Source: an uncultured Bacteroidales bacterium
GTDB taxonomy: Bacteria; Bacteroidota; Bacteroidia; Bacteroidales; GWA2-32-17
DNA: 64,000 nucleotides
NCBI GenBank assembly: GCA_964431135.1
Contig: CAYSIN010000001.1
Coordinates: 5,096-69,095 of the forward strand
Direction: 5' to 3'
This document shows, in pieces, positions 37,741 to 46,581 of the stretch (within the stretch, counting starts at the first letter, position 1; every line of letters starts with the position of its first letter). Under the pieces are notes generated by a model. That model saw only the letters and a program-made list of their open reading frames with translations. It was not told where the DNA came from and made no database searches. The position numbers and the translations under genes were made by a program.

Positions 37741-40700
37741 ATGAAAAATATTTTACAAATATTGAGGAAAAGTATTTTTCTTGTTACTCTCTGTATTATT
37801 CAATTAGTTGTTTTATTCAGCATCAATGCACAGGCGCAATGTACTTATGGAACTAAGATGCCTGCTGCTACACAAACACCTCCAAGCGATGGAACTTTAT
37901 ATGGACCAATAGCTTCAGCAACAGCCAGGTTCTTTCAGGCTACGGTTGTTCCGGGGGTAGAATACATAGTATATGATACTTATGCTGATTTTCTGACCGT
38001 TTGGGGAACCTCTAACGGAACCGGTTTATTGGGAACAGAAACTCAATATGTTTTTTTTACGCCCACAGGTAATTCAGTCTGGATTGATTTTGCTTATACA
38101 AGTGCTTGCCCTAGTGATAATTATACTTTAGATGCTTATATCGCAGCTGCCCCCCAACCAACAGGAATACCTTCAGGCGTTGTTTGTATCGGACAAACAA
38201 TTACTATCACAGGGACAGCTCTTGCAGGCTCCGGAGGGGCAAACTATATTGGTTTTACAGGGGGTGCCACTGCAACAGCATTTAACGTTACAGCAACTTC
38301 ACTGGATGTTGTAATACCAGCAGGAGCTCAATCTGGTCCTATAACGGTTCAAAACGATCTTGTAATATCAACTACAGCGTCATCACTAGATATAAGAACC
38401 GCAACCGGAGTAACTTCTTCTCCAACCGCTGGAGGTATTGGAGACAATATTGTTATTAGCGGATATAATCTGTTAGGAGCAACTAATGTTCGGGTCAATG
38501 GAACACTGGCTACAAATGTAGTTATTGTTAGCAGTACAAAGATCACTTGTACAGTTGCACCGGGAACTGTCGGTAGTGGAAATGTAACTTTTACAGATGG
38601 CTGCGGAAATGCCGTAACAGCAAGTGCATTTACTGTGGTTGCACTTACCAACTATTATTCCAAAGCTGCAGGTTATCTGAATTTATTGGCAACATGGGGA
38701 ATTAATCTGGATGGTTCTGGTGCTGCGCCTGCGAATTTCACAACACAGGGCCAGCGGTTTAATATTCGAAACAGAACTACGGCCACAATCGGAGCTGCAT
38801 GGACAGTCAGTGGTGCGGGAGCGGGAGTAAATGTCGGGGATGGCACCAACCCTTGTAATTTTACTGTTCCATCAAATTTTACTTTCTCTGGGAATGTTAT
38901 TAATATTAATAGTAATGCAACGCTTACTTTAAACAGGAACCCACTACCCACTTTAACTTTCTGCACATGTGCACCAACAAGCACTGTTGTAATTGGTGTA
39001 ACTAATGCATCCATAACCGTTCCTGGTATTACTTACGGGAACCTTACCATTTCTGCTGCCGCTCCCACCAGAATATTCACCTTCGGAGGTAACAGTACCA
39101 TTGCAGGGACATTAACCGTTTCGACCACAGGAACTGTCAGACTGAATAATGCATCTACACCGAAAATCTTTTATATCAACAATTTTGTAATGTCAAATGG
39201 CACTCTGGACGGAGGGTCAGTAGATCCATCAAGCGGGAATTACTCTTCAATAACCTATTTCACTGGAAACTTCAGCAAGACTGCAGGGACCATAACGAAT
39301 TCTTCTCCATCGAGCATAAACAATTTTCTTTTCAGCGGGGGAGGTTCACAAACTTTTTCAAATACAGGAACGTACCTTTATAACGTAACGCAAATAATTA
39401 ACAACACTACACTTATCCTGAATTCAACCTATACACAGGACGGAATTACAGGAACAGCCTTTTACGTCGAAAACGGTAGTACGCTGGAATGTGGAACGAA
39501 CCAACTGACCACCAGCGCAAGTCCTGTGACCTTCGATATCGAAGGGACCCTGAAAACGGCCAATACTGCCGGACTGAACGGCACCGCACTGACTACCCTC
39601 AGTTCGACAAACTCACCTACTATAAAGTTAAGCAGTTCTTCTACTATTGAATATAATTCAAGTTCTCCCCAAACAGTTACAGGAAGGTCGGATTATGCAA
39701 ACTTGATAATAAGTAATGGTTCCACAAAAACTGCAAATAATCCCTTAACTGTCTCAGGTGTATTAACTCTTAATGGAGGAAATCTTGTTACTACATCTAC
39801 CAATCTTCTTACCATGGCAGCAGGTTCTTCTGTTTCACCTGAGGGTGGTTCTGCCACAAGTTTTGTGGATGGTCCCATAGCAAAAGTCGGAAATACCGCT
39901 TTTATTTTCCCAACAGGTAATGGAACAACATGGGCACGTATCGCCATTGGAACACCATCTGCATCAGAAACATTTACTGCTCAATATTTTCATTCAGGGT
40001 ATGGAGATTATACCGTTACTCAAATTCCTAATACCATTGACCATGTGAGCAAGTTGGAATACTGGACATTAAGCAGGGCTGGTACTGCCAATGCTACCGT
40101 ACAGTTATTTTCTGAAAATGCTTCAACAAGTTATATTACCAGTTGTTCAGATTTGAGAATTGCACATTGGAATGGTTCGGCATGGGAAAATAACAATGAT
40201 GAAGTTACAACAATATTTGGTACTTGCCCAAGCCCTCTTACAACTGAAAGTGGTAGTATTAAAACAAATACCAATGTTACTTCCTTTAGTCCTTTTACAT
40301 TTGGGTCTAAGATAGGAACCAATCCTCTTCCTGTGGAATTTTACTCTTTTAACGGTACATGTAGTGGGAATAAAAACATCATTACTTGGCAAACTGCCAG
40401 CGAAAGCAATAACTATGGATTTTATGTTCAAAAAAGCAACGATGCTTCCTATTGGGAAAATGTCAGTTTTGTCAATGGACATGGAAACAGCAATACACTG
40501 CTGACTTATCAAACAGAAGATGGTCAACCTTTTGAACCTACTACATATTATCGCTTATTACAAGTGGATAATAATGGAGAATCAAAATACTCTACCATCA
40601 TTTCGGTTCAATGTCCGTCACAAACAGCAGATGAAAGTATTACGCCTTTTTATTCGGATGAAAATCGTATTTCATTCGCAATAAAGGGACAGACAGGTAT

Positions 40701-40881
40701 TACCTATCACATTTATCTGACCAATTATTTGGGACAAGTACTCTATGAAAAAAATATATTGCTCGAACAAACCAATCAAACCATTATAATAGAAAAGCCT
40801 TTATCATCGGGAATATATTATATTACACTTATTAGCAATAAAAGTGTTATTTCAAAACCTATGATGATACAAAAAAATTAA
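37741..40881 (+). CDS. T9SS-secreted surface protein with IPT/TIG-like Ig domains and a long T/S/N/G-rich beta-solenoid region
   Basis: 1046 aa with a signal peptide. IPT-like modules (GQTITITGTAL...SLDVVIPAGAQSGPITV; GDNIVISGYNL...KITCTVAPGTVGSGNVTF). C-terminal LPVEFYSF...WQTASESNNYGFYVQKS...YYRLLQVDNNGESKYS module, then a type-A sorting domain (SSGIYYITLISNKSVISKPMMI). Confidence 0.8.
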   Translation: MKNILQILRKSIFLVTLCIIQLVVLFSINAQAQCTYGTKMPAATQTPPSDGTLYGPIASATARFFQATVVPGVEYIVYDTYADFLTVWGTSNGTGLLGTETQYVFFTPTGNSVWIDFAYTSACPSDNYTLDAYIAAAPQPTGIPSGVVCIGQTITITGTALAGSGGANYIGFTGGATATAFNVTATSLDVVIPAGAQSGPITVQNDLVISTTASSLDIRTATGVTSSPTAGGIGDNIVISGYNLLGATNVRVNGTLATNVVIVSSTKITCTVAPGTVGSGNVTFTDGCGNAVTASAFTVVALTNYYSKAAGYLNLLATWGINLDGSGAAPANFTTQGQRFNIRNRTTATIGAAWTVSGAGAGVNVGDGTNPCNFTVPSNFTFSGNVININSNATLTLNRNPLPTLTFCTCAPTSTVVIGVTNASITVPGITYGNLTISAAAPTRIFTFGGNSTIAGTLTVSTTGTVRLNNASTPKIFYINNFVMSNGTLDGGSVDPSSGNYSSITYFTGNFSKTAGTITNSSPSSINNFLFSGGGSQTFSNTGTYLYNVTQIINNTTLILNSTYTQDGITGTAFYVENGSTLECGTNQLTTSASPVTFDIEGTLKTANTAGLNGTALTTLSSTNSPTIKLSSSSTIEYNSSSPQTVTGRSDYANLIISNGSTKTANNPLTVSGVLTLNGGNLVTTSTNLLTMAAGSSVSPEGGSATSFVDGPIAKVGNTAFIFPTGNGTTWARIAIGTPSASETFTAQYFHSGYGDYTVTQIPNTIDHVSKLEYWTLSRAGTANATVQLFSENASTSYITSCSDLRIAHWNGSAWENNNDEVTTIFGTCPSPLTTESGSIKTNTNVTSFSPFTFGSKIGTNPLPVEFYSFNGTCSGNKNIITWQTASESNNYGFYVQKSNDASYWENVSFVNGHGNSNTLLTYQTEDGQPFEPTTYYRLLQVDNNGESKYSTIISVQCPSQTADESITPFYSDENRISFAIKGQTGITYHIYLTNYLGQVLYEKNILLEQTNQTIIIEKPLSSGIYYITLISNKSVISKPMMIQKN

Positions 40882-40920
40882 ACCACTTCTAACAATAAAT
40901 CTTTACTTTATTGACATGAT

Positions 40921-40956
40921 AAAAAAAAGAGGCGAGCAAAAATTGAGCGCTCGGCG
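40921..40956 (-). terminator. Candidate intrinsic terminator for the ECF operon (minus strand)
   Basis: Minus-strand read: GCCGAGC (40949-40955), 11-nt loop, GCTCGCC (40931-40937; 7-bp stem with 1 mismatch), then TCTTTTTTTT (40921-40930). Confidence 0.45.
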
Positions 40957-41129
40957 AAGTTTTGCGTGTAGGCAAGTGTAGTAGCTAACTCGTCGGACTT
41001 AAAAGTTAGTTTTCAAACTAAGCAAAAAATAGCGTATAGTTGTGCAAACCAAAAATGATGACAACAGGTTATGCCATTTTTTTGAAATAATAAATTACGA
41101 CGAAGTCTGCCTGTACTCATCACGTGTGG

Positions 41130-41948
41130 TTAAAAATATAGAGAAAGTCCGGCAGTCCATGGATATAAACTGGGACCTTTGTCTTTTTTAAACAGAGAGG
41201 ATAACTGACATTCACCAAATACACCTATATTATTATATCCTACTCTTAACTGTGCCGAATATGCCAATGGTGAAAGAAAATAATTTCTAAATTCCTTATT
41301 TGTTTTTTTATCACCGTTTATTTCATAAACTTGCTTTATATGCGAACCTATTCGCAAAGCACCTACCACACCCGCATTTATAAATACCCTATCTCTGTGA
41401 TGGTTAACAGGAATATGAAATTCAATCAATAACGGCAATTTAAGATAATCTATCGCAAGTTTGTTTTTACGATATTTGTACAGAGTATCCATGGTATAAG
41501 TAAGTGCCGTTGAATCACTGATAAGATGGATATTCTTATCAAAAAAGTAGTTGTTAAATGATACTCCCAAGCCCGATACAATTCCTATGTATTTTTTATA
41601 AATACTGATGTTCCACTCTAAAAAATTCAGATTTATATTTATTGATTTTGCCTGATTCAGTTCTAAATAACTTTGGCTTGTAGGCAATGAAAACGAATAG
41701 TCAGAAGTTATATATCCATTTAATCCTATATCTATCCCTGCCCAACGTCCCTTGAAACGATTGCTCTGATGAGGATGAATATTTTTTTCTACCGTATCAT
41801 TTACCATTATTTTGTGGATAGAAGTATCTTGTTTATCAGAAATAATAAGAATTTTATTTTTCCCAAATGAAATGGTAGCGGTATCTTGTTGAGCATATAT
41901 TCCAGATGCTGTTGCCATTAAAACGAAAAGTACCAATAATTTTTTCAT
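41130..41948 (-). CDS. Outer-membrane beta-barrel protein (small porin/PorT-like family)
   Basis: 272 aa with a signal peptide (MKKLLVLFVLMATASGIYAQ). Alternating hydrophobic strands. C-terminal ...TAGLSLYF ends in an aromatic residue (OMP beta-signal). Confidence 0.7.
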   Translation of the reverse strand: MKKLLVLFVLMATASGIYAQQDTATISFGKNKILIISDKQDTSIHKIMVNDTVEKNIHPHQSNRFKGRWAGIDIGLNGYITSDYSFSLPTSQSYLELNQAKSININLNFLEWNISIYKKYIGIVSGLGVSFNNYFFDKNIHLISDSTALTYTMDTLYKYRKNKLAIDYLKLPLLIEFHIPVNHHRDRVFINAGVVGALRIGSHIKQVYEINGDKKTNKEFRNYFLSPLAYSAQLRVGYNNIGVFGECQLSSLFKKDKGPSLYPWTAGLSLYF

Positions 41949-42003
41949 AACATCTTTGTTTTTATTCTTAAAAATAGGACGAATACACTGAAAAAAGGTT
42001 ACA

Positions 42004-43086
42004 TTATTTTTGCGAAAATGTTCTGCTAAAAGAAAAATTACCTATCCGAACATAGTGCTTAATTTGTTTCGTATCGGTGTACTCGTTTTCTTTTATTTGA
42101 ATATTTGATCCTGTTATTTCATTAATTTTTTTTGAGCCGTTTTCCAATACATTCCATAAACTTCCGCTTTCATGATGAGGAAGATATACCTGTTTTTCGT
42201 TTTCCACTTCCTGTACCATATCGTGAAAATAATGAAACCGATTTTGAGCAAAAAGACGCTCTAAACTTTTATTCAATATGCTATCGCTGGGTACTGATTT
42301 TTTTTCTACACTTAATGGTTGCTCTATGGGTATAGAAGATGGTTCGTTTTGACGTATCGTATCGTTAACTATTATTTTCTGTTGTACCAGCAGTTCTTCA
42401 ACTTTTTCAGATTCCGACAATGTTGATTTTTGTTCTTTATATGTGCTTTGTACATAGTGCTTTACTGTTTTTTGGTGAAAATGTTTTGTTTTTGTGGATG
42501 AAAATGAAGTTACATTTTTATTATGCAGCATGTATTTATTAGTTGAAATGGCAACCAGTTTTTTCCCAGTATGTTCTTTTAAATTTGTAATCCTATTAAT
42601 ATATAAAGTCAATATTAGCAAAATGGATGCTGCAACAGTAGTAATCCAATATAGGCGAACATTATTTCTTATTGCTCTTTGAGGTATTTGTTTTAATTTC
42701 GCCTTGTCAGAATATGTTATTGAAAGGTCAGGCTCTAACTTGGTTTTATAATATAATTGAATTTCCTTTTCTTTTTCGGGATGAAATTTAAGTTCGTTGG
42801 ATAGCCATTGCTTTTCATTTTCGGTTAAACTATTTTCTGCCGAAGCAATAAAGAGTGTTTCCAATTCTTCTTTTGAAATTACGGGAATATTTTTTTTGAG
42901 ACGGTCTTTTTGTGGATAATGCAACGCAGGTGGATTCAGTTTGAGCGATTTATAAAGTTGAAACTCTTCATACAAATCGGGATATAGTTTCAGAAAGTCA
43001 ATAAGTTCTTTTTCTTCTGAAGGTGAAAGATTTCCTTCGAAATAATCGAAAAACACTTGTTCTATATGGTTTCTGTCAATTTTCAT
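42004..43086 (-). CDS. Putative anti-sigma factor (single-pass membrane protein)
   Basis: 360 aa. One TM (LYWITTVAASILLILTLYI) at about residue 155. Its start shares one nucleotide with the sigma-factor stop (TAATG). Confidence 0.6.
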   Translation of the reverse strand: MKIDRNHIEQVFFDYFEGNLSPSEEKELIDFLKLYPDLYEEFQLYKSLKLNPPALHYPQKDRLKKNIPVISKEELETLFIASAENSLTENEKQWLSNELKFHPEKEKEIQLYYKTKLEPDLSITYSDKAKLKQIPQRAIRNNVRLYWITTVAASILLILTLYINRITNLKEHTGKKLVAISTNKYMLHNKNVTSFSSTKTKHFHQKTVKHYVQSTYKEQKSTLSESEKVEELLVQQKIIVNDTIRQNEPSSIPIEQPLSVEKKSVPSDSILNKSLERLFAQNRFHYFHDMVQEVENEKQVYLPHHESGSLWNVLENGSKKINEITGSNIQIKENEYTDTKQIKHYVRIGNFSFSRTFSQK

Positions 43087-43571
43087 TATAGCAACACCGA
43101 TATACTTCCAATATAATCTTTTAAATAGGCACGTGCTCTAAAAATATATACTTTAACTTGTGCTTCCGAAAGTCCTGTAATTTCACCTATTTCCTTGTAT
43201 GAATAACCTTCATAGTCGCGAAGCAAAATACTTGCTTTCTGGTCGGGTGGCAAGTTTTCTATGGCTTGATGCAATATTTCTTGTATGTCGTGATTTGGCG
43301 TTTCATAAGAATGAAAATTTTCATAAAGGGGCTCATAGGGAATGTTTCGTTTTTCCTTTCTTACCATATCTATTAATGTATGATAGGCAGTCGTAAAAAG
43401 ATAAGATTTGCCTTTGGATGATTCGATATAGGATGCATTTTTCCATAATTTTTCAAAACTTTCTTGAACAATATCTTCCGCTTTTTCATGATTTTTTATA
43501 TTTTTCAGAATAAAACGATAAAGCCCATCGGCATATTTATCAACGGTGGTATTGTACTCTTCGGCAGTCAT
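43086..43571 (-). CDS. ECF-type RNA polymerase sigma-70 family factor
   Basis: 161 aa. Region 2 (ADGLYRFILKNIKNHEKAEDIVQESFEKLW) and region 4 (ILLRDYEGYSYKEIGEITGLSEAQVKVYIFRAR). Confidence 0.88.
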   Translation of the reverse strand: MTAEEYNTTVDKYADGLYRFILKNIKNHEKAEDIVQESFEKLWKNASYIESSKGKSYLFTTAYHTLIDMVRKEKRNIPYEPLYENFHSYETPNHDIQEILHQAIENLPPDQKASILLRDYEGYSYKEIGEITGLSEAQVKVYIFRARAYLKDYIGSISVLL

Positions 43572-43590
43572 TTTTTAATTGTGTTCATAA

Positions 43591-43615
43591 GACGGTGTAA
43601 ACATAAAATAGTTAC
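43591..43615 (-). promoter_or_regulatory. Candidate ECF-type autoregulated promoter (GTAAC-N16-CGTC)
   Basis: Minus-strand read tGTAAC tattttatgtttacac CGTCt. The -10 element ends 19 nt upstream of ATG 43571. No TAnnTTTG box is present in this spacer. Confidence 0.45.
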
Positions 43616-43616
43616 A

Positions 43617-43655
43617 CCATAAAAAAGGCTGTCTAAAAAAATAGAACAGCCTTTT
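43617..43655 (-). terminator. Rho-independent terminator after the 164-aa membrane protein gene
   Basis: Minus-strand read AAAAGGCTGT, 13-nt loop, ACAGCCTTTT, then TTTTTAT. It begins 23 nt after the stop at 43678. Confidence 0.6.
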
Positions 43656-43677
43656 AATACTTGTAATTTTAAAATGA

Positions 43678-44172
43678 TTAACTCATGTGTTTTAAATTCA
43701 CAGCATAAAGAATAACCATAATAATAGGAACAATAAATCCCATAGTAGCAAAGAATCCGCCAATTCCAAAGCCTACAAGAATTAACGTAATAATAGGAGC
43801 GGCTAATTCACCTACTAAATACACATAAAATCCCTTCTTTAAAAGTTTCCACATCCAAAGAACGCCAAGCAAACAAATTAAGGCGCAAATAATGTTAACA
43901 ATACCAAGTGCGGTAGCATTTTGTGCCAGTTTGTTAGCAGCATCAACGGCTTGATTTAATCCTGCCATAGCACTATCCATGCCTTCTACATTTTGCATCT
44001 CTTGCGAGAGATTGCTTCCAGTACCGGTAACAGCACTGGTAACGGCACCGGCACCCATGGTAATAAAACCTTGAATAATTTGCCATGCAATGCCAATAAA
44101 ACTTAAAATTCCCAATACTGTAATAAATACAGGACGTTTTTTGGTTTCAACAGGTTGAACTTGTTCTTCCAT
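43678..44172 (-). CDS. Small polytopic membrane protein, unknown function
   Basis: 164 aa with about 4 predicted TM helices (FITVLGILSFIGIAW..., IVNIICALICLLGVLWMW..., ELAAPIITLILVGFGIGGFF..., FIVPIIMVILYAV). Confidence 0.6.
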   Translation of the reverse strand: MEEQVQPVETKKRPVFITVLGILSFIGIAWQIIQGFITMGAGAVTSAVTGTGSNLSQEMQNVEGMDSAMAGLNQAVDAANKLAQNATALGIVNIICALICLLGVLWMWKLLKKGFYVYLVGELAAPIITLILVGFGIGGFFATMGFIVPIIMVILYAVNLKHMS

Positions 44173-44205
44173 AATAAAATAATTTTAGTTAAACATAAAT
44201 TTGCA

Positions 44206-44213
44206 CAAAGGTA
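44206..44213 (-). promoter_or_regulatory. Candidate -7 box (TACCTTTG)
   Basis: Reverse complement TACCTTTG, 33 nt upstream of ATG 44172. Confidence 0.4.
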
Positions 44214-44284
44214 AAATATTTTTTTTTCTTTGCAAAAAAAAGTTAATAAAAATAAAATTTTGTTGAAAAAAGATGGAAAAATAG

Positions 44285-44292
44285 TACCTTTG
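44285..44292 (+). promoter_or_regulatory. Candidate -7 box (TACCTTTG) for glyA
   Basis: 21 nt upstream of ATG 44314. It lies inside the over-extended track ORF that starts at 44230. Confidence 0.45.
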
Positions 44293-44313
44293 CTTGTCCA
44301 AAAAAAAATTAAT

Positions 44314-45594
44314 ATGGAAAAAGATAAGTTGTTATTTGATTTAATTGAAGAAGAATACCAGCGTCAGTTGAATGGTATAGAATTAATTGCTTCCGAGAAC
44401 TTTGTCAGTCCTTATGTATTGCAGGCTATGGGTTCGGTAATGACTAATAAATATGCCGAAGGATATCCTGGGCATCGTTATTATGGAGGTTGTGAAGTAG
44501 TTGATAAATCGGAACAGTTAGCCATTAATCGGCTCAAGGAATTGTTTGGTGCAGAATATGCCAATGTGCAACCTCATTCAGGTGCACAGGCAAATGCAGC
44601 CGTAATGCTATCCATATTGAAACCGGGTGATACGTTTTTAGGCTTAGACCTGTCTCATGGCGGTCATTTGACTCATGGTTCACCAGTAAATTATTCAGGA
44701 ATACTGTATAAACCGGTCGCATATCAGGTAAGCGAAAAAACAGGTACCATTGATTATGACCAAATGGAAAAATTAGCCATAGAACATAAGCCTAAATTAA
44801 TAGTAGCCGGAGCCTCTGCATACAGTCGTGATTGGGATTTTGCACGTATGCGTGCTATTGCCGATAAAGTGGGTGCTTTGTTAATGGCAGATATTGCACA
44901 TCCAGCAGGATTGATTGCTGCCAAAGAATTAAACAATCCATTTCCACATTGTCATGTTGTTACTTCTACCACCCATAAGACATTGAGAGGACCGCGTGGT
45001 GGCATTATTTTAATTGGTAAAGATTTTCCTAATCCATGGGGATTAAAGACACCCAAAGGCGAAATAAAAATGATGTCCGCTTTAATTGATTCGGCCGTAT
45101 TCCCTGGCATTCAAGGTGGACCTCTGGAACATATTATTGCTGCCAAAGCCGTTGCCTTCGGTGAAGCACTACAACCTTCATATAAAGACTATATTAAACA
45201 GGTACGTAAAAATGCAAAAACAATGGCAGAATCTTTTATTTCCAAAGGATATAAAGTTATTTCAGGAGGTACCGACAATCACTTAATGCTTATCGACTTG
45301 AGAACAAAGTTTCCCGATATTACAGGCAAACAAGTAGAAAATACGCTGGTAAAAGCACATATCACTATCAATAAAAACATGGTTCCTTTTGATAGTCGTT
45401 CCCCCTTTCAAACATCGGGCATTCGTGTTGGAACACCTGCGGTTACTACACGCGGACTAAAAGAAAAGGATATGCCTGTAATGGTTGATTTTATTAATCA
45501 AATTATTTCCAATATTAATAACGAAGATGTGATTGCCAAAGTAGGTGGTGAAGTAAAAGAAATGATGTCAAAATTACCCTTGTTCGCATATTAA
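44314..45594 (+). CDS. glyA: Serine hydroxymethyltransferase
   Basis: Start at [30 protein letters not shown] (426 aa). PLP-Lys motif [12 protein letters not shown]. Confidence 0.95.
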   Translation: MEKDKLLFDLIEEEYQRQLNGIELIASENFVSPYVLQAMGSVMTNKYAEGYPGHRYYGGCEVVDKSEQLAINRLKELFGAEYANVQPHSGAQANAAVMLSILKPGDTFLGLDLSHGGHLTHGSPVNYSGILYKPVAYQVSEKTGTIDYDQMEKLAIEHKPKLIVAGASAYSRDWDFARMRAIADKVGALLMADIAHPAGLIAAKELNNPFPHCHVVTSTTHKTLRGPRGGIILIGKDFPNPWGLKTPKGEIKMMSALIDSAVFPGIQGGPLEHIIAAKAVAFGEALQPSYKDYIKQVRKNAKTMAESFISKGYKVISGGTDNHLMLIDLRTKFPDITGKQVENTLVKAHITINKNMVPFDSRSPFQTSGIRVGTPAVTTRGLKEKDMPVMVDFINQIISNINNEDVIAKVGGEVKEMMSKLPLFAY

Positions 45595-45624
45595 TCAGTC
45601 GCTCAAAAGAGGTATTAATTGTAC

Positions 45625-45679
45625 ATTCAGTCAAATTAATTGAGCATTTCGTCAAATATTTATGTAAATTCGTCAATTC
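45625..45679 (+). promoter_or_regulatory. Three direct repeats ATTyMGTCAAWT with exact 21-bp phasing
   Basis: The G of GTCAA falls at 45630, 45651 and 45672. Copies: cATTCAGTCAAATt, cATTTCGTCAAATa, aAATTCGTCAATTc. They lie 90-145 nt upstream of ATG 45770. Confidence 0.4.
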
Positions 45680-45756
45680 ATTGTATCTTTTTTATATTTT
45701 AGCAGTATAAAGGAGTGTGTTTATCAAAATTTTAAGAAAGGAAAAAATAAACCACT

Positions 45757-45764
45757 TAATTTTG
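45757..45764 (+). promoter_or_regulatory. Candidate -7 box (TAATTTTG)
   Basis: Only 5 nt upstream of ATG 45770, which would imply a leaderless or near-leaderless mRNA. Confidence 0.3.
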
Positions 45765-45769
45765 CATTC

Positions 45770-46519
45770 ATGAAACGAATTTATATAATAATAATTGTAT
45801 TGATTGTTGTAGGATTGATTTCAGTTATCGGTGTAAATTTTTATAATAAAATTATTGGCGATAACAAAATTTCTACAGTAGATTCGTCACCAAAACCTAC
45901 TTTATTATCACTAAGTCTTCGTACAGATATTCCTATTACTTATACCAATACTTTTAATGGGAAATTTGAACTTATAGAAAGAACACTTTATGATACCTCG
46001 CAATATATCATCTATATTCATAACGATAAAGCAAGAATTGATAAAAATTATAGAACTACCAAAAAGGAATCCTATTTATTGAATTTGAAAACAGGAGAAA
46101 TGATAGCACTGAATCATCAAAAAAAATTGTATTCTTCTATTCCCGTAGTTGAAGAAAAACCTTCGCTCGATTCAACATTTACTGTTATAAAAACTAATAT
46201 TAATAAAAATATCTTAGGGCAAAACTGTGCTCAATGGCGTGTTAAAAATCGTAATGATAATACAGAAATTACGTATTGGGTTTCAACCAACAACTATGGA
46301 TTTTATTATTATTTAAACAAAGTATGGGATGCCAGTAAAAAATATCATAAATATTTTCAGATTATTCCCCAGTCGTTTGGATTTATGCCATTTGAAATTG
46401 TAGAACGAAATTTATTAAGAGATATTAAATCTTCAGTAAATATGACATCCATCTCCAATCAAATGTTAGATACATCTCTTTTTACTGTTCCATCGGATTA
46501 TAAACACTTTTCCAATTAA
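45770..46519 (+). CDS. Membrane-anchored protein of unknown function (paralog of 54506-55186; possibly DUF4412-like)
   Basis: 249 aa. N-terminal TM (IYIIIIVLIVVGLISVIGV). Shares NCAQWRVKNRNDNTEITYWV / ...LFTVPSDYKHFSN with PCYQWRVRNKSQNTEISYWV / ...LFILPKDYKSYSD of the other gene. Confidence 0.6.
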   Translation: MKRIYIIIIVLIVVGLISVIGVNFYNKIIGDNKISTVDSSPKPTLLSLSLRTDIPITYTNTFNGKFELIERTLYDTSQYIIYIHNDKARIDKNYRTTKKESYLLNLKTGEMIALNHQKKLYSSIPVVEEKPSLDSTFTVIKTNINKNILGQNCAQWRVKNRNDNTEITYWVSTNNYGFYYYLNKVWDASKKYHKYFQIIPQSFGFMPFEIVERNLLRDIKSSVNMTSISNQMLDTSLFTVPSDYKHFSN

Positions 46520-46581
46520 TGTTTGTTCATAATTTCAGTCTTATTAAATTCAGATAATAACCGCACGAATAGTGTATTCCA

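Noticed and set aside
38349-40527. Antisense ORFs of 84-126 aa inside the IPT-domain protein gene (38349-38651, 38673-39014, 39693-39947, 40147-40527), and 51855-52265 (136 aa) inside the amidase gene
   Set aside because: They are opposite long ORFs with clear domain signatures. T/S/G/N-rich coding repeats commonly leave the antisense frames open.
40882-41129. GC-richer patch examined as a possible tRNA, tmRNA, SRP RNA or RNase P RNA
   Set aside because: I saw no cloverleaf-compatible arms, no GGGGCUGA/UCCACCA tmRNA ends, and no SRP or RNase P conserved boxes. The patch is better explained by a terminator hairpin plus a possible small ORF. I could not run cmscan, so this is not definitive.
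44173-44313. Riboswitch candidates upstream of glyA (ZTP/THF), dxs (TPP) and hpt (purine)
   Set aside because: The leaders implied by the -7 boxes are only ~16-21 nt for glyA and dxs. None of the spacers contains the conserved cores of those riboswitch classes as I remember them.
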